From Candidatus Pelagisphaera sp. (GTDB lineage: Bacteria > Verrucomicrobiota > Verrucomicrobiia > Opitutales > Opitutaceae), in contig JBNMOQ010000002.1 of the NCBI GenBank assembly GCA_051275055.1, positions 2,056 to 66,055 on the forward strand: a stretch of 64,000 bases of DNA, in the 5' to 3' direction. The notes under the pieces were generated by a model. That model worked only from the letters and a program-made list of their open reading frames with translations. It was not told where the DNA came from and searched no databases. The position numbers were made by a program, and so were the translations under genes. Positions 19,138-29,589 of this stretch are shown here, piece by piece (position 1 is the stretch's first letter; each line of letters opens with the position of its first letter).

Positions 19138-20172
19138 ATGGACGCCACTAAACTTTCCGATTCTGCCGCCCCGTTTCGATCCCAACTCATCGACTGGTAC
19201 GAGGCCAATGCTCGCGACCTACCCTGGCGAAGCCAACCGAGCCTCTACAAAACAGTCGTTTCGGAGTTCATGCTCCAACAGACCCAGGTAAAAACCGCAC
19301 TGCCCTATTTCGATGCCTGGTTGAAAGCCTATCCAGATTTCAAAAAGCTCGCCAAAGCCACCGAAGCCCAAGTCCTCAAAAGCTGGGAAGGGCTCGGCTA
19401 CTACTCCCGAGCTCGCAATCTCCACAAACTTGCCCAAACCATTTCAACACTCCCAGAACTGCCAACCGACTCTAAAAGCTGGCAAGCCTTCCCAGGAATC
19501 GGCCCCTACGCAGCCGCAGCCGTTTGCAGCATCTCCTTTTCCGATCCAAGCGCCGTCGTCGACGGTAATGTCGTACGGATCCTCTCGCGATTGATCGCCG
19601 ACACGACTCAGTACAAAACCAGCGTCGAGGCGGCCAAAGCCTACCAATCGCTCGCCGAATCCCTACTCAATACTGACCGACCCGGTGACCACAACCAGGC
19701 CATGATGGAACTCGGCGCGACCGTTTGCCGTAAAGCAAATCCACAGTGTTTGCTTTGCCCAGTGGCAGATTTGTGCCAAGCCCGCGTCGCTGGCATCGAA
19801 GGCTCCCTTCCTAGATTCGATAAAACCAAGTACGAAAAGAAAACCGTCAACCGGGCCTGGATCGTCGGCCCACGTGGGATCCTTCTCCACAAAATACCCG
19901 AGTCGGCCAAACGCATGAAAGGCCTCCACGAAATCCCAAGTCTCGAACAACTCGGACTTCCCGAAGCGACAGGCAAACCTCTCCTCGAACGCAAACGTTC
20001 AATCACGAAATACCGGATCACCGAACGCTTTTTCCCAACAGACCCCAAATCTCTCCCTAAAAAACTTCCAGCCGACACCCTTTGGGCAAAGGCCAACGCG
20101 ATCGGCGATCTCCCCTTCTCCGGACCCCATCGCAAATGGATCCAAGAGCTGCTCGCCCAACCCTCAAGCTAG
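19138..20172 (+). CDS. mutY: A/G-specific adenine glycosylase MutY
   Basis: RDLPWR, SEFMLQQTQV, WEGLGYYSRARN, PGIGPY, DGNV.R, NQAMMELGA, FeS motif CX6CX2CX5C; start moved to ATG 19138. Confidence 0.95.
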   Translation: MDATKLSDSAAPFRSQLIDWYEANARDLPWRSQPSLYKTVVSEFMLQQTQVKTALPYFDAWLKAYPDFKKLAKATEAQVLKSWEGLGYYSRARNLHKLAQTISTLPELPTDSKSWQAFPGIGPYAAAAVCSISFSDPSAVVDGNVVRILSRLIADTTQYKTSVEAAKAYQSLAESLLNTDRPGDHNQAMMELGATVCRKANPQCLLCPVADLCQARVAGIEGSLPRFDKTKYEKKTVNRAWIVGPRGILLHKIPESAKRMKGLHEIPSLEQLGLPEATGKPLLERKRSITKYRITERFFPTDPKSLPKKLPADTLWAKANAIGDLPFSGPHRKWIQELLAQPSS

Positions 20173-20201
20173 CGTCAACAATTCAGAAATCGCCCCACCT
20201 G

Positions 20202-20283
20202 GAAACTGTAGGAGCGGGTTTATCCGGCGATATTCCATTCAGCTAGACTATCGCGAGATAAACCCGCTCCTACAGTTTCGAGA
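20202..20283. repeat. REP doublet, TGTAGGAGCGGGTTTA family, copy 2
   Basis: 31-bp inverted arms GAAACTGTAGGAGCGGGTTTATC(CG/TC)GCGATA with 2 mismatches. Confidence 0.9.
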
Positions 20284-20303
20284 CAAGCCAGAGACCCAGG
20301 CAC

Positions 20304-20334
20304 AAAAAAACTCCCTCAATATCAGAGGAAGTTT
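20304..20334 (-). terminator. Intrinsic terminator of rpsU
   Basis: Minus strand AACTTCCTC-tgatatt-GAGGGAGTT followed by a T run. Confidence 0.8.
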
Positions 20335-20391
20335 CGAAATTCGGGAAACGGCCTTTCAGCCTTATTCCTTCAACCTTAAGCCTTAATCAGC

Positions 20392-20589
20392 CTAGTTGTC
20401 CCACTTGTGGCGGAGCATGTCATTGAAAGCCGCTACCTTGCCCTGGCGACGCTTAGTGGCCGAAGGTTTTTCGAAATAGCGGTTACCACGCACGTCCTTG
20501 ATAACGCCTTCGCGGTCTAGTTTCTTCTTAAGACGACGGAGCGCACGTTCGACGGGCTCGTTTTTGCGGATTTTTACTTCAATTGCCAT
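20392..20589 (-). CDS. rpsU: 30S ribosomal protein S21
   Basis: IRKNEPVERALRRLKKK, YFEKPS. Confidence 0.96.
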   Translation of the reverse strand: MAIEVKIRKNEPVERALRRLKKKLDREGVIKDVRGNRYFEKPSATKRRQGKVAAFNDMLRHKWDN

Positions 20590-20819
20590 GGTTATTCAGA
20601 GAAAGATGAGCAAAAAGACGGGATTACCTGTCTTCGTCAACCCTTTTCGAGAGACACTTTGCAATTGGTTAGATCAGAACGCAATAATCAATAATCCCCG
20701 TGGACATACGACTCATCGCCTCATTGTGAATAAGCTCCAAATAACTGCCCGAAAACGTATGAACAACTTGGCGCTTCTTTTCTTTGAAACAATCGCTCAG
20801 GCTCATTGACTGTCTATCT

Positions 20820-23800
20820 ATGTCCGAGTCCGGTCCTTTCGTCCATCTTCACAATCACACCCACTACTCTCTGCTCGACGGTTGCGCCAAGCCGGCCCGA
20901 GCCGCAGCACGAGCCAAAGAGCTCGGCATGCCCGCTTTGGCGATGACCGACCACGGCAATCTTTTCGGGGCGATCGACTTCTACCGCTCCTGCCGCAAAG
21001 CGGAAATCAAACCCCTCATTGGCTGCGAACTCTACTACGTCAACGACCACAAGCAAAACGAGCGACCCAAGCGTGAACGCAAGCGGACCGACGACATCGG
21101 CGACATCCCGGAAGACTACGTCCCCTCTCCCGAGGATTTCCCAAAAAACCAGATTCACCACAAAGGCGTCATCGCCAAGGACTACGAAGGATACAAAAAC
21201 CTTTGCAAACTGGTTTCCGACGCTCACGTCAACGGCGTCTATTACAAGCCGCGCACCGACATCGAAAAGCTCGCCCAATACTCCAAAGGGCTCATCGGAC
21301 TTAGCGGATGCATCAACGGCGTCGCCGCTCAGTATCTAATTTATGGCGACGAAGCCAACGCTCGCCGCGTCACCTCTGACTTTGTCGATATTTTCGGTAG
21401 GGAAAATTATTTCATCGAACTCCAAGATCACGGCATGCCCGTGCAACGGCGGATAATCCCTGGCCTCATAAAACTCGCCAAGGAATTCGATCTCAAAATC
21501 ATCGCCGCCAACGATTCGCACTACGTCTACAAAGAAGACGCCGATCCACACGACGCATTGCTTTGTATCCAAACGGGCAAGATCATAGCCGATCCGAATC
21601 GAATGAAATACCCTTCGCAAGAGTTCTACCTAAAGAGCCGCGAAGAAATGCTCGAGATTTTCAAGGAGGTCCCCGAGTCGATCGACAACACGGTTCATGT
21701 CGCCGAAATGTGCGACCTCGAAATTCCTTTCGACGAAAATCACTATCCCGTTTTCGAGGCGCCGCCCGAGCTGAAAACCTTCAAAGAGGACGTCGATAAA
21801 TTCGACCAAATCCTCGACATCTACGAAGCCGAAAAAACCAAGGTCAACAAGCAGGACGGCAAAGACGAAATCTGCAAACTCACCAAAGAAGAACGCGATC
21901 TTCACAAATCCAACGGCACCCTACTACTCGAGCTTTGCAAACGCGGCCTGCTCGATCGCTACGGCGTCGACTACGACGACCGCGCTGCCTACAAGCCAAT
22001 CGAAGGCCAACGCGAAGACTTTGCCCAGTTTCTCTGCGAGCAACTCGACTACCAAATCGCCATCATCGCCGGTACGGGATTCATCGATTACTTTCTCATC
22101 GTTTGGGATTTTATCAATTTCGCCCGCGGCAAAGGCATTCCCGTAGGCCCAGGTCGTGGTTCCGGAGCGGGCTGTATCGTCGCCTACGTTCTATTGATCA
22201 CGGACATCGATCCGCTGCGATTCGGTCTACTCTTCGAGCGCATGCTCAATCTCGAACGTGTATCGCCTCCCGATTTCGATATCGATTTCTGCATGCGACG
22301 GCGCGAGGAGGTGGTCACCTTCGTCCGTGAAAAATACGGCGCCGACAGCGTAGCCAACATCATCACTTACGGTACGTTCGGAGCAAAGATGGTCATTCGC
22401 GATATGGCTCGAGTGAATGACATGCCATTCGCCGAAGCTGACAAGCTCGCCAAGATGATCCCCGACGAGCTCAACATCTCGCTAGAAGCGTCCATCGAAA
22501 AGTCGAAGGAACTGCGGGAAGAAATCGCACGGAATCCAGTAGCCAGAAAAATCGTCGAACAAGGTAAAGTCATCGAAGGCATGGTCCGCAACACAGGCAA
22601 ACATGCCTGCGGAATCATCATCGGCGACCAACCCATCCACAACCTCGTTCCCGTCACCCTCCAGGAAGGCGACCTCACCACGCAGTACGCCAAGGGACCG
22701 GCCGAAGATCTCGGTCTCCTTAAGATGGATTTCCTCGGCCTCAAAACGCTGACCGTCATTTCCGATGCGGAAACCAGCGTAAAGCGTCTCGAAGGAATGC
22801 AGGATTTCGACATCGAGAAAATCACTCTCGAAAATTCGAAAACGTACGAACTTCTCAACCAAGGTAAAACCGTCGGTGTATTCCAGCTTGAGTCCGGCGG
22901 CATGCAGTCGCTTTGCAAGCAAATCGGCCTTTCCGTATTCGAAGAGATTATCGCGCTTGTAGCGCTCTATCGCCCCGGTCCGATGCAATTCATTCCGCAG
23001 TTCATTCGCGGCAAAAAAGACGCTAAGACTATCGAAGTCCCTCACCCACTCCTCAGGGAACTGGTAAGCGAAACCTACGGCGTCATGGTCTACCAAGAGC
23101 AGGTCATGGAAGCAGCTCGTATCATCGCTGGCTATACCCTCGGCGGTGCGGATATTCTTCGACGCGCGATGGGCAAGAAAATCGCTTCGGTCATGGAAGC
23201 GCAAAAAGAAGTCTTCGTCGCAGGTGCGAACAAAACACACGGCATGAGCCGCAAGATGGCTCTGGGCATCTTTGCCATCTTGGACAAGTTCGCCGCATAC
23301 GGCTTCAACAAATCTCACTCCGCAGCCTACGCGATGCTGTCCTATCGCACTGCGTATTTAAAAGCCAACTACCCTGTAGAGTTCATGGCAGCCTTGCTAT
23401 CTAGCGAGCAAGGCAATGCCGACAAGGTAGCTCACTTCATCGACGAAGCAACCGCGATGGATATTCAGGTGCTGTCGCCAGATATCAACACCTCTCGTCA
23501 GTCGTTTACCCCAGTGGTAGACGACCCGGAAGACGAAGCGGCCGGACGTCCCGGATCGATTCGTTTCGGACTTGGAGCAATTAAAGGCGTGGGCGATGCT
23601 GCGGCGATTAAGATCATCGAAGAACGCGAAGCCAACGGTCCCTTTACCGATCTCGACGAATTTCTCGAACGGATGGATTCAAAAGCCGTCAATCGGCGCG
23701 TATTGGAATGTCTCGTCAAAACCGGCGCCTTCGATTTCTCCCTCGAACCACGCGGAGCCATTTTCGAACGACTCGAAGAATCCATTAACTACGCAGCCGC

Positions 23801-24611
23801 TCGGCAACGGGACAAAGAAGCCGGCCAGAACTGCTTTTTCGACATGCTAGCCGACGCCCCCGATGCGAATGGAGATTCAAATGGAGGCCCCAACGGTAAT
23901 CGTGTCTACGACATGAGCAAACAATTCCCTAAAAACGAAATGCTCGCCTACGAAAAAGAACTTCTAGGATTCTACGTCTCCGGACACCCGCTTGACGACT
24001 ACAATGGCCTAACCGAAGCCCTCACCAATTTCGATCTCGATAAAATGGACGAGCTAGGCGATCGCATCGAATTCCAAATTTGCGGCATCGCTTCCGGAGT
24101 CACTACCAAACTTTCGCGACGCGACAATCGACCTTGGGCATTCTTTAATCTTGGGACTCTAAAAGGCAGCGTCCAGATGAACTGCTATGCAGATTCGTAT
24201 GGAGAGTATGGGCACAATCTCGAAAACGAAAAGCTGGTCCTTATAAAAGGCAGTGTATTCCGAAACGAAGAAGGTGTTCGACTAAGCGTATCTGAAATTT
24301 ATCCGCTCGAATCAAGCATGCCCGACCAAATCAAACACATCACTTGGATCCTCGATCCCAAAGGCGACACCGAAGCATTTTTCTACGATCTCCGCGAAGC
24401 GCTCGATTCCACCCGAGGTTCCACCACAAGCGACCTGGCTTTCAAACTCGACGATGATACAATCGTAACCGCTCCCACCGCATCATCACTACGCTGGAAA
24501 GTGAATACAAACGAATGGGCCAAACTTCGCAGTCAACCCGCCGTCGTCGGATGTATATTGCAAACCGCCCCAGTCGAGCTCAAGAAGCGAGAACGACGCT
24601 GGAAGAAATAA
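20820..24611 (+). CDS. dnaE: DNA polymerase III alpha subunit
   Basis: PHP motif HLHNH...[41 protein letters not shown] fold; ATG 20820. Confidence 0.98.
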   Translation: MSESGPFVHLHNHTHYSLLDGCAKPARAAARAKELGMPALAMTDHGNLFGAIDFYRSCRKAEIKPLIGCELYYVNDHKQNERPKRERKRTDDIGDIPEDYVPSPEDFPKNQIHHKGVIAKDYEGYKNLCKLVSDAHVNGVYYKPRTDIEKLAQYSKGLIGLSGCINGVAAQYLIYGDEANARRVTSDFVDIFGRENYFIELQDHGMPVQRRIIPGLIKLAKEFDLKIIAANDSHYVYKEDADPHDALLCIQTGKIIADPNRMKYPSQEFYLKSREEMLEIFKEVPESIDNTVHVAEMCDLEIPFDENHYPVFEAPPELKTFKEDVDKFDQILDIYEAEKTKVNKQDGKDEICKLTKEERDLHKSNGTLLLELCKRGLLDRYGVDYDDRAAYKPIEGQREDFAQFLCEQLDYQIAIIAGTGFIDYFLIVWDFINFARGKGIPVGPGRGSGAGCIVAYVLLITDIDPLRFGLLFERMLNLERVSPPDFDIDFCMRRREEVVTFVREKYGADSVANIITYGTFGAKMVIRDMARVNDMPFAEADKLAKMIPDELNISLEASIEKSKELREEIARNPVARKIVEQGKVIEGMVRNTGKHACGIIIGDQPIHNLVPVTLQEGDLTTQYAKGPAEDLGLLKMDFLGLKTLTVISDAETSVKRLEGMQDFDIEKITLENSKTYELLNQGKTVGVFQLESGGMQSLCKQIGLSVFEEIIALVALYRPGPMQFIPQFIRGKKDAKTIEVPHPLLRELVSETYGVMVYQEQVMEAARIIAGYTLGGADILRRAMGKKIASVMEAQKEVFVAGANKTHGMSRKMALGIFAILDKFAAYGFNKSHSAAYAMLSYRTAYLKANYPVEFMAALLSSEQGNADKVAHFIDEATAMDIQVLSPDINTSRQSFTPVVDDPEDEAAGRPGSIRFGLGAIKGVGDAAAIKIIEEREANGPFTDLDEFLERMDSKAVNRRVLECLVKTGAFDFSLEPRGAIFERLEESINYAAARQRDKEAGQNCFFDMLADAPDANGDSNGGPNGNRVYDMSKQFPKNEMLAYEKELLGFYVSGHPLDDYNGLTEALTNFDLDKMDELGDRIEFQICGIASGVTTKLSRRDNRPWAFFNLGTLKGSVQMNCYADSYGEYGHNLENEKLVLIKGSVFRNEEGVRLSVSEIYPLESSMPDQIKHITWILDPKGDTEAFFYDLREALDSTRGSTTSDLAFKLDDDTIVTAPTASSLRWKVNTNEWAKLRSQPAVVGCILQTAPVELKKRERRWKK

Positions 24612-24668
24612 AGTAATAATATGATCAAATGAATGCACTGTTCACGAACGACGAATGAGCTCTCCCTC

Positions 24669-25200
24669 ATGGACCTAACCAAATGGGCGAAAGCAATAGC
24701 GCTAACGCTAGTCGCTGGAATAGTAGGCTATCAAATCGGGTTTAGAAACGGCCCAGAAACCACGTCTATCGGATCTGGCCTGAAAACGATTATCAGTGTA
24801 ACGGAACGCGGCGAAAATTTCGCCGAACTATAATCCATCCTCTTAGAAGAAAGCGATCCTTCCAAAATCGCCAACAACTTAGACGTGCTCTATCAATCTT
24901 GGGGCAAGCACGAGTTCGAGGACCCACTCTCCGCTATCAAAGCGCTTCAAAACCCAGAGCAATCAAACAGCGCAATGTCGAGTTTTCTAAAAGGTTGGGC
25001 GGAAACAGACAGAAAAGCAGCCTTCCCATACGCAATTGAAAATCAAAGCGACAACAAAACCTTCAAAGTATTATAAGTCAGTGGGCTTACCAGGATATTT
25101 CTGAAGCTGAACTCTATATAAATTCAATTGAAAGCGAGTCCGAACGAGCGAACGCCACAATCAGTACACTTATCCTGTCATCGCAACGTGCTAATTCAAC
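24669..25200 (+). pseudogene. Decayed membrane-anchored helical-repeat protein
   Basis: TM helix, in-frame TAA at 24831, frame resumes (KGWAETDRKAAF), frameshift near 25074 into SQWAYQDISEAELYINSI; truncated at the convergent gene. Confidence 0.65.
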
Positions 25201-25959
25201 TTACTCCTTCTCGCCGTCGACTGCGTCCTTCAATCCTTTAAACAGTCCGCCGAGGCCTTTTTTGGTCGCTTCACCTGCATTTTTAAGTTGATCGCCGACC
25301 ACTTTGCCCGACTTACCGACCGATGAAACAATTCCCTGGTTGATCGCTTGGAATACGATTTTTATCGATTCTCCAAATGACACGCCATCATCTTCAGCTC
25401 CGATATCCGTCAATTCGATATCTGGAAGAGGAACCATTAGCGACTGTCCCCCGAGAAGTTTATTGGAGATCTTGACCTTGCCTCCGGTGATTCGAAGCAA
25501 GTCAATCTGCACGCTCTTCGATGACCCCGACTCCTCCTCTTCCTCATCGCTGGTTCCGGTGAATGCTTGAATATTCTCTAGAATAACGCCGATATTACTT
25601 TTCTGAAGCCCAAGTCCGGTTTCCATGATGAATTCCGGTCCATCGATTATAATTTCGTTGATCACAATTTTATCCGAAAGCACAGACATCGGTTCAATCT
25701 TCATCCTAAAGCCATCCAATTTGATCGAATGTGGCGTCTTAAATCCTTCTGGATTTCCCACGATCAATCCCGATATCGAACCGCTTCCGGAAAATGCCGA
25801 TAGTTGAACGTCATCCAGCGTAATCGACGTCTGAGTGACTTCAGGACCATAGGTCTCAACGCCAGCTTTAACCGCGGAACCAATCGCCTTCGAAAAGACA
25901 AAAAGGAATACCACCCCAACCCCAACCAACACACCCAATATCGCTAATACTTTTTTCAT
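25201..25959 (-). CDS. AsmA/DUF748-like periplasmic protein
   Basis: N-terminal TM anchor, GSGSISGLIVGNPEGF, I.INEIIIDGP, LPDIELTDIG. Confidence 0.75.
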   Translation of the reverse strand: MKKVLAILGVLVGVGVVFLFVFSKAIGSAVKAGVETYGPEVTQTSITLDDVQLSAFSGSGSISGLIVGNPEGFKTPHSIKLDGFRMKIEPMSVLSDKIVINEIIIDGPEFIMETGLGLQKSNIGVILENIQAFTGTSDEEEEESGSSKSVQIDLLRITGGKVKISNKLLGGQSLMVPLPDIELTDIGAEDDGVSFGESIKIVFQAINQGIVSSVGKSGKVVGDQLKNAGEATKKGLGGLFKGLKDAVDGEKE

Positions 25960-26138
25960 AATTCGATTTCTCTCTACTGTACACGCTACGACATTCTAAT
26001 CGATACTATTTTTAGTGCGTTTCAGGAGCCAACCAACAAGCCCAACCAAGCTGCCAATCATAGATTGCCCCTTGCCTATTAAGCTCTTCTGCGAATACAG
26101 TCACCATGTAATTGGCGTTTGTGCCAATGGCTCGGCTC

Positions 26139-26999
26139 ATGGAAAAAACAATCGTACTCATAACCGGATGCAGTTCTGGCATCGGAAGAGCCTTACTTTC
26201 CCATTTCAACCGGGACCCCTATCAAATAGTCGCCACGACCTTGCCGAATTCGGCAAACGCTTTCGACGGGGACCCGATCGCTCAAAACCCTCGATTTTGG
26301 ATACGATCTCTTGATATTGGAGATCACGAAAAAGCCTCACAAATCGTAAGAGATACCGCCGAACGCTGGAGCCCCATCGACATCCTGATCAACAACGCAG
26401 GCATTTCCTATCGCTCGGTCGTCGAAGACATGACCATTGAAGACGAACAACGCCAAATGCTCGTTAACTACCTCGGCCCGATGCACCTCATCAGAGAATG
26501 CCTCCCTGCGATGCGCGAACGAAAATCCGGACGCATCATCAACGTTTCCTCAGTTGGAGGCATGATGGCTATGCCGACAATGGCTTCCTACTCTGCCTCG
26601 AAATTTGCTCTGGAAGGAGCCAGCGAAGCCCTCTGGTACGAGCTCAAACCTTGGCACATCCATACAACTCTCGTCAGGCCCGGATTCATCAATTCATTGG
26701 CATTTCGGAAAGTGCTTTATTCGAAAAAACGTAAAGCCCAATCCCAGCCTTCGCCCTACGATTCTCACTACGAGAACATGACGCGTTTCGTCGAAAAGCT
26801 AATGGCTATGTCGCCGTGCACATCCGAAAGCGTCGCCCGGTCGATATTCAAAGTAGCCCGTATGAAAAAGCCTCCTCTCCGAGTTCAAGGCACAACGGAC
26901 GCGCGCATCTTTTATTTTATTCGACGCCTATTGCCACGCGCGCTCTACCACAAACTACTCTACGTCACGCTTCCAGGAATTCGCCATTGGGGAAAATGA
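26139..26999 (+). CDS. Short-chain dehydrogenase/reductase
   Basis: ITGCSSGIG, INNAG, NVSS, YSASK catalytic motif. Confidence 0.95.
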   Translation: MEKTIVLITGCSSGIGRALLSHFNRDPYQIVATTLPNSANAFDGDPIAQNPRFWIRSLDIGDHEKASQIVRDTAERWSPIDILINNAGISYRSVVEDMTIEDEQRQMLVNYLGPMHLIRECLPAMRERKSGRIINVSSVGGMMAMPTMASYSASKFALEGASEALWYELKPWHIHTTLVRPGFINSLAFRKVLYSKKRKAQSQPSPYDSHYENMTRFVEKLMAMSPCTSESVARSIFKVARMKKPPLRVQGTTDARIFYFIRRLLPRALYHKLLYVTLPGIRHWGK

Positions 27000-27442
27000 A
27001 ACTCATCGATCGAAATTTCACGGATCTACTATTCCGCATCCTTTTCTGCCTAATCTTTCTAGGACTTGGCGGCGAGCATCTCGTAAAAGACGATCTCATC
27101 CAGAAATTAATGCCAGACTGGATGCCTATTCCTCACGCAATGTCTTTTCTCTGCGGTTGCATCCTATTGATCGGCGGCGGGCTTATCGCTGTCGGCTACA
27201 AGCTGCGTTTCGCTGCAATTCTACTTGGTTCTTTTCTCGTAGTCGTCACTGCGATCGTGCATGGTCCAGGAATCTCTACGACACCCGAATTCATCGCACC
27301 CGAAAGCGAATGGCTCTGGCAAGTGTTACAGCGAAGCAACTACGTTAAAAACCTCTGCCTACTTGGAGTTTGTCTTCTGCTTATCCATTACAACCCAGGC
27401 AAGTGGAGCTTGGAAGCTTGGCTAGAGCGGAGAAAAGGCTAA
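26996..27442 (+). CDS. DoxX family membrane protein
   Basis: ATGA overlap with the SDR; four TM helices, H in TAIVH, KNLCLLG. Confidence 0.85.
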   Translation: MKLIDRNFTDLLFRILFCLIFLGLGGEHLVKDDLIQKLMPDWMPIPHAMSFLCGCILLIGGGLIAVGYKLRFAAILLGSFLVVVTAIVHGPGISTTPEFIAPESEWLWQVLQRSNYVKNLCLLGVCLLLIHYNPGKWSLEAWLERRKG

Positions 27443-27670
27443 AATATTCTGATTCGTATCCATAATACGGATCGTAAAATTGTATTAAATCGATGGGCAC
27501 ATTTGATGGAGTACTGAAAGTTTTCTCCAAATCGATTTTTTTGCTTTAAACCGAACTTTTAATAGTCAGGTTGCCGCCTTGTTTCAAAAATGGCGGAACG
27601 TTTCGCCACTCTACGAAACTAAATATCAGTCCTCTCTAACAGGACTTAACTAATCAAACTACAAACTATT

Positions 27671-28095
27671 ATGAATAAGAAAACCCTAGCGGTAATCGCT
27701 ACGGGTCTAGCCCTCGGCTTGTCTCAAGCCAAGGCCCAGGACCTAACTGTTGAAACCAACTTCGCTTACCAATCCGAGTACGTCTTCCGTGGCGTTCAAC
27801 TCGCGACCGAAAGCTTCCAACCCAGCATTGAATTCGGTTACGACGCGTTCTATCTAGGACTCTGGACAAACCAACCGATCGAAGATGACACTGGCGATGA
27901 AGTCGACTACTTCGCAGGCTATAAGTACCAAGCGAGTATTACTACTACGGAACCTCGGCTCAATGGGTGCACTCGCTTTCCGATACCGCTAAACTAGCAA
28001 TCGGAATCCGCAGCGGCGGAAACGACGAGCGTATCGGACCTAACGGACGCAACAGCAACCTTTGGGGAACATTCAGTTTCTCCGCTGGGTTCTAA
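27671..28095 (+). pseudogene. TorF/TIGR02001-type putative porin with internal deletion and frameshift
   Basis: Signal peptide, YQSEYVFRG, EVDYFAGY; shifts frame near 27933 into YYYYGTSAQWVHSL...WGTFSFSAGF-stop, a typical beta-barrel C-terminal Phe. Confidence 0.75.
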
Positions 28096-28134
28096 ACGCA
28101 GCTTCGCTAGAAACCATTAAATATGTTCAAGGGT

Positions 28135-28163
28135 CTGCTGCCTAACGCTGCAGGCTTTTTTTT
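28135..28163 (+). terminator. Intrinsic terminator after torF
   Basis: GTCTGCTGC-ctaac-GCTGCAGGC imperfect stem followed by T7. Confidence 0.6.
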
Positions 28164-28227
28164 GATTACCTCCAAGAAAGCAAAGATGCCGAAACCCTAC
28201 ACCTTCCTCCCAGTCCTTCAGGCGATA

Positions 28228-28869
28228 TCAGCTAATCAAAGCTGATTCGCAAACAGTCGCTTGCCGACGCTTCCACCAAAGCTTGGCTTTCGAATCGTCA
28301 TCAAATAAGACCGCTTCGATCCCCAAACGACTAGCCGCTTCGACATGCTGCTTTAGATCATCGAAATACACCACCTCGGAAGGATCACATTTATGCTGCT
28401 CGAGGATGAATTTGAAAACACGAGGTTCAGGTTTCCGCATTCCAATCTCATTCGACAAATAGCGATGATCGAAAGCACTGCTCAACCCCTTATAGTTTTC
28501 CTGTAAATACTCGGTATGCGTAGCGTTCGTATTGGACATAGCAACCACCGTCACTCCGGCTTCCTGCATCGAACGTACAGTGTTCATTGTCGACTCGATC
28601 ACTTCGCCAAACATTGAATTCCAACCCTCTTTCCACTGTTCGAAATCGAGAACAAAACCACTTACCATACAAAAATACTCCGCGTAAGCACGCCCTGACA
28701 CTGTCCCGCGTTCATACTCCTCGTATTGATCATCGATCGGAAAGTCTCTAGAAAGCGAACCGGGTCTAATCCCAGCCATTTCCTCCCAATCGATGTAACA
28801 ACGTTCCAAATGCGTCCGAATGCATACTTGTCCCAAGTCGAATATAGCTAGTTTCAGTTCGTTGTTCAT
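28228..28869 (-). CDS. HAD family phosphatase (YihX-like)
   Basis: FDLGQV, SNTN..H, RKPEP..F, FDD...HVEAA. Confidence 0.92.
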   Translation of the reverse strand: MNNELKLAIFDLGQVCIRTHLERCYIDWEEMAGIRPGSLSRDFPIDDQYEEYERGTVSGRAYAEYFCMVSGFVLDFEQWKEGWNSMFGEVIESTMNTVRSMQEAGVTVVAMSNTNATHTEYLQENYKGLSSAFDHRYLSNEIGMRKPEPRVFKFILEQHKCDPSEVVYFDDLKQHVEAASRLGIEAVLFDDDSKAKLWWKRRQATVCESALIS

Positions 28870-28971
28870 AGTTATTTGCGGATATGGGTTTTAATGAATC
28901 CAACTACAATCGACTCGATTATTATGATTTTTATACGCCGAAAACAAAACCAGTAATATTACCGAATATCA

Positions 28972-29589
28972 TTACGCATCAGCAACAATACCGGCCTCAA
29001 TGAACCACCCTAGAAAACCACGCATCGCATTGCCTCTGTGGCTGATAGCCGCCTTTTCCTCCGGCTTCATCTCCGCAGTCGTGCACACTTCGCCCAAGGG
29101 CAAAAAAACAGGATCATAACCAAATCCACCCTCGCCTCGTCGCTCCCTCAGAATCGTTCCGAGAATCTCGCCAACAAAGATTCGTTCTTCGCCATGCGGG
29201 GCCACGACCGCCAAATGACATTCGAAACTCCCGCCTCGCTCGTCATCCGGCACATTTTCCATTTCTCGAATCAACTTCTCAAGATTCTCCTCGTCGGTCG
29301 CACCTTCACCCGCATAGCGAGCCGAATACACTCCCGGAGCGCCATCGAACGCCTCGATGCAAATTCCGCTATCATCGGCCAACGCAAGCCCATCCTCAGG
29401 CAACAGAGCCGCCAAGGCCCGAGCCTTCTTCAACGCATTCCCCGAAAACGTATCCTGATCCTCAACCACCTCAGGCATTCCGCCAACAGCTTCAGCCGTG
29501 TGAACTTCAATATCGATCCCTGCCGCCGACAACATCGCCGCCAACTCCTCGATCTTATGGAGATTACTCGTTGCTAAATACAGTTTCAT
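28972..29589 (-). CDS. rdgB: Non-canonical purine NTP pyrophosphatase (RdgB/HAM1)
   Basis: ATSNLHK, ADDSG, PGVYSARY, GFGYDP, SHRG. Confidence 0.96.
   Translation of the reverse strand: MKLYLATSNLHKIEELAAMLSAAGIDIEVHTAEAVGGMPEVVEDQDTFSGNALKKARALAALLPEDGLALADDSGICIEAFDGAPGVYSARYAGEGATDEENLEKLIREMENVPDDERGGSFECHLAVVAPHGEERIFVGEILGTILRERRGEGGFGYDPVFLPLGEVCTTAEMKPEEKAAISHRGNAMRGFLGWFIEAGIVADA

Noticed and set aside
20820-24611. Possible intein in DnaE
   Set aside because: The insertions are short and lack C/S...HN splice junctions and LAGLIDADG motifs
27590-27608. Sigma54 promoter TGGC...GC upstream of torF
   Set aside because: GG-to-GC spacing is one base too long; better explained as the hairpin TGGCGGA/TTCGCCA
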